From contig OZ024744.1 of the NCBI GenBank assembly GCA_964016885.1, positions 34,100,001-34,164,000 on the forward strand: a stretch of DNA of 64,000 bases. Direction: 5' to 3'. This document shows positions 49,626 through 60,900 of the stretch, piece after piece; the stretch's first letter is position 1; every line of letters begins with the position of its first letter. The translations under genes and the position numbers were made by a program. The notes below the pieces were generated by a model. The model had not been told where the DNA came from and ran no database searches. It saw nothing but the letters and a program-made list of their open reading frames with translations. The DNA comes from Eledone cirrhosa (taxonomy: Eukaryota).

Positions 49626-50201
49626 GACGTGACCATATAACTTGAGCAGGCCCCGAATGACTGTTTTCCAGTATATGCGCTCCTTTGAAAGTGCGGGATG
49701 TCATCGACCTTTGAGCAAAAAATAACCAGCTTTCGATAAATTGGCTGTCATGGAACGAGGACAGAGAGAGAATTTTCTGTTACAAAAGAGACGACACCTT
49801 CCCTGGTCACTTGGCGTTCAACTTCTATGGTGATAGTAATGACGGACGATAGCCTGCCACCTTCTATTCGAAAACACGGTATTCATTTACGAATGTTTAC
49901 ATACAACTTTGTACTTTTATGATTAGTAGTAATCATATTCCTTTTTCTTTCTCTAACTGAAGTAAAGTAGATTTTATATCTATCTCAATTAACTATTCTG
50001 TCCTGTTTATTTTCAACAACAACCAACTTCGTTTCACTTCAGGTGCCTGGGTGTTATGTTTTAATATTGAAATGTGTCTCAGTCTAGTTAAAGAGATGGT
50101 CCACTTGCTAGAAATAGCAGCCGAATCCACTGCTTTTTCGTTCACTGTTTTTTTTTTTGTTTTTTTTCATAAACAATAAGTAACTTTTTTTTTTTTAATT
50201 A

Positions 50202-50970
50202 TCTATATATATAAAATTGAGGACGTCTGTGAAACTCGAGAAACACCCAACCCACTGTTTTCAAACTTTACACATGTAATACTTATGTTTCAGGGAGTGT
50301 TCTGAGCAAAAATAAATTTTTTATTTTCAATGCCCTAGGGACCGCATTAGCTGATTTAGCGATCTCTCGCTATAATTCTTAGTCTTTCTCTTTTTAGATA
50401 GATACATACATATAACGTCGTGCCTTTATAATATCTGCATTACGGCTGTCTGCATTACGTCACTTCCCTGAGGATGTCTGTGTGTGTGTGTGTGTCTGTG
50501 AGTTTGAATCCCTAAAACTAGAGAAATACCCGACCGACTTTTTTCAAGCTTTACATCTGTATTACTTGTGTTTCAGGGAGTGTTATGCACATAAAACATC
50601 CAACTTATTTATGGCCTACGTAAAAAACTTCATTTTTTCACGTATTTCACGTATTAGGTGAAAAACTTCATTTTTTCAGCTTTTTAGGGCTTTTTTAAGG
50701 CGTTACGTCTAGCCGATTTTCCCGAAATTTCAAGGCATATTATGCACATAAAAAAAATTCATTTTCTTGATCCCCTAGGGCCCGCAATAGGTGAAAACCT
50801 GCATTTTTCCTGCTTCATCGAATAAAATATTAAAGACTATCCAGCCATCAGAGTATTCGGTTTATTTTCTTTACATATTGCCTAGGCATGCAGTTTTTCC
50901 ACGATTAGGTCTGTTGGTGGCCCGCGTTACAAAATACCTTATCGCGTGCAACGCCGGGTACCACTGCTAG
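50202..50970 (+). mobile_element. Non-autonomous Helitron with an internal duplication
   Basis: A|TCTATATATATAAAATTGAG start; GCAACGCCGGGTACCACTGCTAG|T end. Same terminal family as 47146. Confidence 0.85.
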
Positions 50971-51014
50971 TTCAGTATATATGTGTGTCTGACTGATAAA
51001 ATAACAAGTCAGTT

Positions 51015-51105
51015 AATCATATCAGTGGCCTCCCCACAGCCCCGGTGGACAGAATGGAGAAGGCGTTTTCCCGGACGACGGCAAGGAAGACGCACTGGAA
51101 AAGCG
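51015..51105 (-). mobile_element. CRE-like 3' tip
   Basis: LFQCVFLAVVRENAFSIL, compare the ~17860-17910 CRE C-terminus. Confidence 0.5.
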
Positions 51106-52632
51106 TGGTGTGGTATATTGTAGTGGAATGTGGTATATTGTAGTGTAGTGTGGTATATTGTAGTGTAGTCTCGTTTATTGAAGTGTAGTGTGGTGTGGTA
51201 TATTGTAGTGTGGTGTGGTACATTGTAGTGTGGTGTGGTATATTGTAGTGTGGTGTGGTATATTGTAGTGTGGTGTGGTATATTGTAGTGTGGTGTGGTA
51301 CATTGTAGTGTGGTGTGGTATATTGTAGTGTGGTGTGGTATATTGTAGTGTGGTGTGGTATATTGTAGTGTGGTGTGGTATATTGTAGTGTGGTGTGGTA
51401 TATTGTAGTGTGGTGTGGTATATTGTAGTGTGGTGTGGTACATTGTAGTGTGGTGTGGTATATTGTAGTGTGGTGTGGTATATTGTAGTGTGGTGTGGTA
51501 CATTGTAGTGTGGTGTGGTATATTGTAGTGTGGTGTGGTATATTGTAGTGTGGTGTGGTATATTGTAGTGTGGTGTGGTACAGTGTAGTGTGGAGTGGTA
51601 TATTGTAGTGTGGTGTGGTACATTGTAGTGTGGTGTGGTATATTGTAGTGTGGTGTGGTATATTGTAGTGTGGTGTGGTATATTGTAGTGTGGTGTGGTA
51701 TATTGTAGTGTGGTGTGGTACATTGTAGTGTGGTGTGGTATATTGTAGTGTGGTGTGGTATATTGTAGTGTGGTGTGTTATATTGTAGTGTGGTGTGGTA
51801 CATTGTAGTGTGGTGTGGTATATTGTAGTGTGGTGTGGTATATTGTAGTGTGGTGTGGTATATTGTAGTGTGGTGTGGTACAGTGTAGTGTGGAGTGGTA
51901 TATTGTAGTGTGGTGTGGTACATTGTAGTGTGGTGTGGTATATTGTAGTGTGGTGTGGTATATTGTAGTGTGGTGTGGTATATTGTAGTGTGGTGTGGTA
52001 TATTGTAGTGTGGTGTGGTACATTGTAGTGTGGTGTGGTATATTGTAGTGTGGTGTGGTATATTGTAGTGTGGTGTGGTATATTGTAGTGTGGTGTGGTA
52101 TATTGTAGTGTGGTGTGGTATATTGTAGTGTGGTGTGGTACATTGTAGTGTGGTGTGGTATATTGTAGTGTGGTGTGGTATATTGTAGTGTGGTGTGGTA
52201 TATTGTAGTGTAGTAAGGTATAATGTGGTGTGGTATATTGTAGTACGGTGTGGTATATTGTAGTGTAGTGTTGTATAGTGTTGAGTGGTTACGTATACCG
52301 TAGTGTGTTGTGGTATGCTGTAGTGTATGCGGTATATTGTGGTGTGGTATATTGTATTGTAGTGTGGTGTGGTATTTTGTAGTGTGGAGTGGTGCAGTGT
52401 GGTGTGTTATATTGTATGAGGTATGATATAGTGTAGTGTCATGTGATATCCTTAGTGTGGGGTGGTACATTGTAGTGTGGTGTGGCGTGGTGTAGTATAC
52501 TGTAGTATGGTGTGGTGTATTGTAGTGTAGTGTGGTATAATGTAGCGTGGTGTAGTATACTGTAGTATGGTGTGGTGTGGAATGGTGGCGTGTGATGTGG
52601 TGTGGTATATTGTAGTGTGGGGTGGTACATAG

Positions 52633-52820
52633 TAATTGTTTCTACTTTTGGCACAAGGTCAGCAATTAACCCAGTGTATTACTGGTACTTTATTTTATCG
52701 ACCCCGTAAGGATGAAAGGCAAAGTTAACCTCGGCGGGATTTGAACTCAGACTATAAAGGGCCGTAACTCTTTGCTGCAAGACATGGCGTCAGACCCTCT
52801 ATCGATACTGCCAATCCAAT
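52633..52820 (-). mobile_element. tRNA-derived SINE inserted in the satellite
   Basis: Closely similar to 2602-2780. Confidence 0.88.
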
Positions 52821-53505
52821 GTGATGTGGTATAGGGTAGTGTGGTTTACTATATTGTAGTGTGGCGTGGGGTGTGGTGTTGATATTGCAGTGTAGTGTGG
52901 TATACTATACTGTGGTGTGGTATATTGAAGTGTGGTGTGGTATATTATAGTGTGGTGTGGTATACTGTGGTGTGGTATATTGTGGTGTGCTATATTGTAG
53001 TGTGGTGTGGCATACTGTTGTAGTGACCCCTTGGGGCGAGAAGGAGAGTTAATGAGAGTTACGTCCCATAGAGACTATAAATTGAGAACATGAAAGTACT
53101 TCCTCTCTTACAAAGCTAGCCTTCCAGGAGTTAAGATGTAATTTTGCCTTCTCCCACTTTTCATTTTTACCACACCATGTGGAGTGAACATATTAAGAGC
53201 AACTCCCTCTCAGGCGACTTCAACTTCGGAACAGAAAACCAATAACACCATGTGGAGACTAACTTGTTCTCTCACCTCGTCGCCAATTCAACAACTAATG
53301 ATACCAATTATACATATTATATTATTTCAAAAGGTATGACTTATTTCCAAGTTGTAACAAACACTCATAACAATAAAGATGAGACAATTATAGACACTCG
53401 TGTGAGATATTTCAGCATGTCTCATTTAATTACTTTATTCTTAAATTGATGACCAAATAACGTAAACACTAAATAAAAATCGACGAACTTTTATGCTCGT
53501 TAAAG

Positions 53506-53520
53506 TGGTGTCCCAGACGT
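53506..53520 (+). promoter_or_regulatory. Primer-binding site, tRNA-Trp-like
   Basis: TGGTGTCCCAGACGT versus TGGTGACCCCGACGT, the complement of the metazoan tRNA-Trp 3' end (2 mismatches). Confidence 0.7.
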
Positions 53521-53887
53521 TGGTATATGGAAAATATACCACTAAAAAAAAAAAAAAGAAAAAAAGTGTTTGACGTTTTTTTTTTATTTTTCTTTGCTGA
53601 AATTTTTGAAGATATCAAGATGGTGGCTTTCTTCTTCAACAGTTTTTTTAGCGCGAAACCGTGCGCCATGTTGGTTTTTGCTTTAAGTTCTCTGTAGATG
53701 TATTGATAATGCCATTGTTTGTTTAGTTGCTCACTTACACAATATTTCGGATACATTCTTTTTCCTGTCCGGTTGTTTGAAGAAAAGACAAAAAACAAAT
53801 ACAAGTAGGTTTATTTTCTTTTTCACTTGTGTTCGAGATATTTTTCTTTACGGAGACGCATTTTGCCGCGTATTGAGATTGCACCAA

Positions 53888-56800
53888 TGGCAGCCCAATC
53901 TATTCTCCCTACTTATACGGCTGACGTGAAATTATGGTTTGCTGAAATTGAAGCATTTTTCGAGGCTAACAACATCGCTGAGGCACAGTAACGTCCCCTC
54001 GTCCTTAGTGCCATTCCTCCGGAACTTCTCCCAACTATTAAGGATCTCGTATTGGAGACACCGACTGACGCTACTTATAAGTCGTTGAAGGCTGAAATAC
54101 TCAGCCGCACCTCACAGTCCGCCGAGAAACGCTTTAGAGATCTGGTCCATTTAGAGCATATCGGGGATGGCACTCCATCGGACCTCTTACGTCCGATGAA
54201 AGACCTAACAGAGGGGTCGGTGGCGGAAACCGCAATGTTGAAGCAGTTGTTTCTCTCGCGGCTACCGACCAACGTTCAAGCAATTTTGGCCCCCATTAGG
54301 GATACATGTTCTGTGGACCAACTGGCCCTCTCTGTGGCCAAGGTTTTTGAGGTCATGGGTGCTGGAGGTAGCTAGGCCCTTGCTACTGTTTCTCCCCCAG
54401 CTCAGGCCACACCTGGCTATGCCACCTGCGCGGCATCTCATGCAGACAGCGCAGCTATAATGGCTATACAAAAAGCTACTCAAGAACTCACACTGGAGCT
54501 ACAGAAGCTGTAGGCCTCTGGTAATGTTCGTTCACGCCCACGCAGCCGCGGTAGATCTACCTCTTTCAGACACCGCCCCAGGTCACCAGCTTCATCTTTA
54601 TGCTGGTACCACGAGCATTTTGCTGAGAACGCGAACCACTGTGTACAGCCTTGTTCTTTTGTGAAGTCGGGAAACGACAGAGAGGTTCGCTGAGGGCGGC
54701 AGTCGACCTCAGCGTAAAGCACCCAAACCGCCACTTCTTCATCAAGGACCTCCTGTCTGGAAGAGCCTTCCTCGTGGATACAGGAGCCTACTGTAGTATT
54801 TGGCCGGTCCATTGCCTAAAGGATACCCCTGTGGAGTCATCCGTTACTCTGCAGGCCGTTAACTACTCGCCTATAAAGACGTACGGACAAATCTCGCTTC
54901 TCCTCAAATTCCAAAATAGGGATTTTAAATGGATTTTTACGGTCGCTGACTTGCCATACCCAATCTTAGGAGCAGATTTCCTCCACAATTTCTCCTTGAC
55001 TGTGGATGTCCGAGGCCAATATCTAGTGGATGACATTACCGATTTCTCAATTCGTGGCCGAAGAGCCGGTTCTTCAACGGTTAGCCCAACCTTCTTCATC
55101 TCTGCCGCTGGAAACGCCTACTATACGTTGTTAGAATCGTTCCCGGAGCTCATCGATGGAAATGTTCGAGTTGCCGAGCCAACTCACTCAACTGAACATT
55201 TTATTTCCACAACCAGTGCTCCAGTATGTTCACGTCCACGTCGTTTACCGGCGGACAAGTTAAAGGCAGCACGGTCCGAGTTCAACCATATGCTGCAGCT
55301 GGGCATTATTCACCCATCTACGAGTCCTTGGGCTTCTCCGTTACATATGGTGTCCAAGACGTCGGGCGACTGGAGACCCACTGGGGATTATGGGAGATTA
55401 AACGCGATGACCGTCCCGGATAGATATCCGATTCCCCACCTCCAGGATTTTGCATCTTCGTTGCAGGGTTGTAAGATTTTCTCCAAACTCGATTTAGTGT
55501 GAACTTACCACCAAATACCAGTCAGGAAGTAAGACATCCCGAAAACAGCTATTACGACTCCTTTCGGATCTTTCGAGTTTTTAAACATGCCTTTCTGACT
55601 CAGGAATGCCGCTATCACTTTTCAGCGGTTCATATACGAGGTCACTCGTGGTCTGGACTTCGTTTATGCATATATAGATGATCTTCTCGTCGCTAGAGCA
55701 TATGCGTCACCTGAACCTTTTATTTTGCCGACGCCAGGATTACCGCGTTCGAGTAAATCCCGCAAAGTGTGTTTTCTGATCCACTTCACTGAAATTTTTA
55801 GGTGACATCATCGACGCCGAGGGTATTCGACCCCTTCCACAGCGAGTTAAGGCTATACAGGATTTACCTCCGCCTACTTCACTTCGTCAGTTGCGTCACT
55901 TCCTAGGCCTAATCAATTTTTATAGACGTTTCGTTCCTCAATGTGCAAAATTACTTATCGAGATTTTGAAAGATCGTCGTAAGAAGAATGAGGATATTTC
56001 CTTGACACAAGTACAAATCGAAGATTTCCCAACTGTCAACACAGCAATTGCTAATTCATCTTTGCTAGCCCACCCAGTACAGTGCCCGATGCCAAGCTTT
56101 CGCTTTGTGTCGATGTAGCTGATACCGCTGTGGGAGCAGTTTTACAACTGTATAACGCTGAACACCAACAACCTTTGGCATTTTTTTTCCAGGAAGCTGA
56201 AACCGGCAGAAACCCGTTACAGCACGTTTGGTCAGGAGTTATTAGCCATATATCTGTCGGTGAAACATTTTTCTCATATTCTTGAGGGAAGAAATTTTAC
56301 GGTTTTCACTGACCACAAACCTTTGACCTTCGCTTTGAGGGCTAAAGCGGAGAGATATTCGCCCGGAGAGAAAAGGCATCTCGATTACATTTCGCAGTTT
56401 ACCAATGATATCCAGCACATTTCTAGCTCACTAAGTACAGCTGCAGACGCCTTGTCACGCTTGCCTATCAGCTTGATTTCGTCATCCCAGGAGATAGATT
56501 TAAGTCGTTTGGCAGCAGACCAACCTGCACTCGAATCGTTGGATACTTCATCAGCCGAATTTGCGACTTGCAACCTGAAATATCGACTGTCGACTACCGA
56601 CAGGCAGATTCTCTGCGATGTATCTACGGATTCACCACGACCTTATGTTCCCGAGACTCACCGTCGAATTGTGTTCCTTTCTTTGCACAGCATTTCTTAC
56701 CCAGGATCTTCAGCCACAGTAAAGCTCATAACGGCTAGATTTTTCTGGCCAAATATGAGGCGCGAAATTATTGCTTGGTGCCGTTCCTGCATACAGTGTC

Positions 56801-57720
56801 AAAAATCTAAAGTCCACAGACACATCCGGACTCCACTTGGTACTTTCAGTACTCCGGATGCTCGTTTTCAACACAACCACATCGGTATCGTTGGACCTTG
56901 GCCAGTAGTGGATATTCTTACCTTTTGACCTGCATTGATCGTTTTTCGCGATGGCCTGAAGCCATCCCCTTAAAGGACATTACCGCCGACACAATAGCGC
57001 GTGTCCACACGTGGATTGCCCGCTATGGCGTGCCAACCACAATTACTACAGACCGTGGTAGGCAATTCGAATTACATCTTTTCTCGGAGTTAACAAAAAT
57101 TATTGGCACTCAACGCATTCGGACCACATCTTATCCTGCTTCAAACGGAATGGTGGAGCGTTTTCACCGCCAATTAAAGGCCGCTCTTCGTGCCTATCCA
57201 GACTCTCTACGTTGGAGCGAGTACCTTCCTATTGTGTTGTTAGGAATTCGGTCTTCAATAAAGGAGGACCTTAGGTTCTCCCCGGCTGAATTATTGTATG
57301 GTGCCCCTCTAGCGTTGCCTGGGCAAATGCTTGCCCCCGTAGCTCCTGCTATTCAAGATCCCCTTTCCTACGTATCTCGTTTGCGCTCATATTTTCAGGA
57401 CTTACCGCCTATGGATACCAGGAAACAAACTATTAAAATTGCAGTCCCGAGGGATATTGCCTGGACCCTACCATGTGTTACCACGTACTGACAAACATGT
57501 TACTGTAGACATTAAGGGATCCAGAGAGACAATTTTGATTGACAGACTGAAAAGGGCATTCACAGACGCTCATACACCTAAGCCACTAATACTCCCATCT
57601 TTCTCTATTGTACATACACCTGCTCCTTCTGTCCCACCTTCACCTACATACAAGACCACGACCCGTTCTGGTCGAAGAGTCCATTGGCCCAAAAGACTTT
57701 GTCAAACAGTTTTCATCTGA
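53888..57720 (+). pseudogene. Gypsy gag-pol with multiple stops and frameshifts
   Basis: ORF pieces 54052-54375, 54651-55502, 55891-56118, 56082-56285, 56260-56928, 56898-57491, 57439-57720. Confidence 0.92.
54669..54733 (+). promoter_or_regulatory. gag-pol -1 ribosomal frameshift signal
   Basis: G_GGA_AAC in the gag frame with pol in the -1 frame. Downstream stem CGCTGAGG/CCTCAGCG. Confidence 0.75.
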
Positions 57721-57917
57721 ACTGGCCACTATGGAGCCTTCTTTGTATTGTGTATTACATGCTTTTCTTTACCTTGTTCCTAAACAGTTGAAAGTCTTCT
57801 TTAACTATAGAGTGTCTTTTTTGTGTATTGTATATGCATATACCTTTTTCATACCTTTGCCTTGATCCCATTTTTTGCGGGTTCGCTACAATTACCTTCG
57901 GGTTGTTCACCTATCGT

Positions 57918-57931
57918 GTGGAGGAGAGTAT
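57918..57931 (+). promoter_or_regulatory. Polypurine tract
   Basis: GTGGAGGAGAGTAT immediately before the 3' LTR. Confidence 0.75.
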
Positions 57932-60900
57932 TGTAGTGACCCCCTTGGGGCGTGAAGGAGAGTTAATGAGAGTTACGTCCCATGGAGACTATAAATTGAG
58001 AAACTGAAAGTACCCGCTCTCTTACAAAGCTAGCCGTCCAGGAGTTAAGATGTAATTTTGCCTTCTCCCACTTTTCATTTTTACCACACCATGTGGAGTG
58101 AACATATTAAGAGCAACTCTCTCTCAGGCGACTTCAACTTCGAAACAGAAAACCAATAATACCATATGGAGACTAACTTATTCTCTCAACTCGTCGCCAA
58201 TTATACAACTAATAATCGTTTCTACTTATGGCACATTCTACAACTAATGATACCAATTATACATATTATATTATTTCAAAAGGTATGTCTTATTTCCTAG
58301 TTGTAACACGCAATCATAACAATAAAGATGAAGCAATTATAGACACTCGTTTGAGATATTTCAGCATGTTTCATTGAATTTTTTAATCCTAACTTCATGA
58401 CCAAATAACGTTAACACTAAATAAAAATCGACGAACTTTTATACTCGTTAAACTGTTGTGTGGTGTGGTATATTGTAGTGTGGTGTTGTAAATTGTGGCG
58501 TGATGTGGTGTATTATATTGTGGTATGGTATATTATAGTGAGGTGTGGTATATTGTAGTGCGGTATGTTATATTGTAATGTGATGTGGTATATTGTAGTG
58601 CCGTGTGGTATACTGCTTTTTGCCGGATTATACTGTAGTTGGATGTGGTATATTGTAGTGTGGTGTACTATTGTGTAGTGTGGTGTGGTATATTGTAGTG
58701 TGGTGTGGTATACTGCAGTGTGGTGTGGGATATTGTAGTTTGGTATGGTATATGGTAGTGTGGTATATTATAGTGTTGCATGGTATATCGTAGTGCATTG
58801 TGGTACAGTATCGTGTGGCGGGGTATATAGTACAGAGATGTGGTCTGGTATATTGTAGTGTGGTGTGGTATATTGTAGTGTGTTTGGGTATATTGTAGTG
58901 TGGTGTGATATATTGTAGTGTGGTGTGATATATTGTAGTGTGGTGTGATATATTGTAGTGTGGTGTGGTATATAGTAGTGTGTTTTGCCATATGTTCATG
59001 TAATGAATGTTGTAGCGTGGTGTGCTATAGTGTAGTGTGGTGTGGTATATTGTAGTGTGGTGTGGTATATTGTAGTGTAGTGTGGGATATTGTAGTGTTG
59101 TGTGATATATTGTAATGTAGTGTGGTATATTGTAGTGTAGTGTGGTATATTTTAGTGTGGTGTGGTATATTGTAGTGTAGTGTGATATAATGTAGTGTGG
59201 TCTGGTATATTGCAGTGTAGTGTGATATATTGTAGTGTAGTGTGATATATTGTAGTGTGGTCTGGTATATTGTAGTGTGGTCTGGTATATTGTAGTGTAG
59301 TGTGGTATATTGTAGTGTAGTGTGATATATTGTAGTGTGGTCTGGTATATTGTAGTGTGGTGTGGTATATTTTAGTGTAGTGTGATATATTGTAGTGTGG
59401 TGTGGTATAGTGTAGAGTGGAGTCGTATATTGTAGTGCGGTGTGGTATATTGTAGTGTGGTGTGGTATATTGTAGTGTGGTGTGGTGTAGTGTGGAGTGG
59501 TATATTGTAGTCTGGTGTGGTATATTGTAGTGTGGTATGGTATAGTGTAGTGGGGTGTGGTATATAGCAGTGTAGTTTGATATATTGTCGTGTGTAGTGG
59601 TATATTGAAGTGTGGTGTGGTATATTTAGTGTAGTGTGGTATATTTTAGTGTGGTGTGGTATATTTTAGTGTGGTGTGGTATATTGTAGTGTGGTGTGGT
59701 GTGGTATATTGCAGCATGGTGTGGTATATTGCAATGCGATGTGGTATATTGTAGTGTAGTGGGATATATTGTAGTGTGGTGTGGTATATTGTAGTGTGGA
59801 GTGGTATAGTGTAGTGTGGTGTGGTATATTCTAGTGTGGAGGGATATAGTGTAGTATGGTGTGGTATAGTGTAGTATGGTGTGGTATATTGTAGTGTGGT
59901 GTGGTATATTGTAGTGTGGAGTGGTATAGTGTAGTGTGGTGTGGTATATTGTTGCGTGAAGTGGTATATTGTAGTGTGGTGTAGTATATTGTAGTTTAGT
60001 GTGATATATTGCAGTATGGATTAGAATATTGTAGTGTGGTGTGGTATATTTTAGTGTGATGTGGTATATTGTAGTGTAGTGTGGTATATTGTAGTGTGGT
60101 GTGGTATATTGTAGTGTGGCGTCATATACTGTGGTATATTGTAGTGTGGAGTGATATTTTATAGTGTGGTGTTGTATATTGTAGTGTGGTGTGGTATATT
60201 GTAGTGTGGTGTGGTATATAGTAGTGTGGTGTGGGATACTGTAGTGTGGTGTGGTATATTGTAGTGTGGTGTGGTATATTGTAGTTCGGTGTGATATATT
60301 GGAGTGTGGTAGTATAGTGTAGTATGATGTGATATATTGTAGTCTGGAGTGGTATGGTGCAGTGTAGTGTGATATATTGTAGTGTGGTATGATATATTGA
60401 AGTACAGTGCGATATATTGTAGTGTGGAGTGGTATATTGTAGTGTGGAGTGGTATAATGTAGTATGGAGTGCTATAGTGTGGTGTGGTTTGATATATTGT
60501 AGTGTGGTGTGGTATAGTGTAGTGTAATGTGATATAGTGTAGTGTAATGTGATATATTGTAGTATGATGTGATATATTGTAGTGTGGTATGATATATTGT
60601 AATGTGGTGTGGTATAGTGTAGTGTGATGTATATTGTAGTGTGGTGTGGTATAGTGTAGTGTGGTGTGGTATAGTGTAGTGTGATGTATATTGTAGTGTG
60701 GAGTTGTATAGTGTATTGTGTAGTTGTATATTGTAGTGTGATCTAATATATTGTAATGTGGTTTGATATACTGTAATGTAGTGTGATATATTGTAGTGTG
60801 GTGTGATATACTGTAGTGTGGTGTGGTATATTGTAGTCTGGTGTGGTATATTGTAGTGTGATGTGATATATTGTAACGTGGAGTGGTATAGTGTAGATTA

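Larger units (their letters stand above)
53019..58452 (+). mobile_element. Full-length Gypsy LTR retrotransposon, degenerate
   Basis: LTRs 53019-53504 and 57932-58452, TSD CTGT, PBS, PPT. gag (LWF..E..F; CWYH..F..NA.HC..PC), PR (LVDTGA), RT (YIDD), RNase H, IN (TTDRGRQF...NGMVER). Confidence 0.96.

Noticed and set aside
51105-52210. Telomeric repeat
   Set aside because: GT-rich but not TTAGGG-type, and internal with nested transposons.
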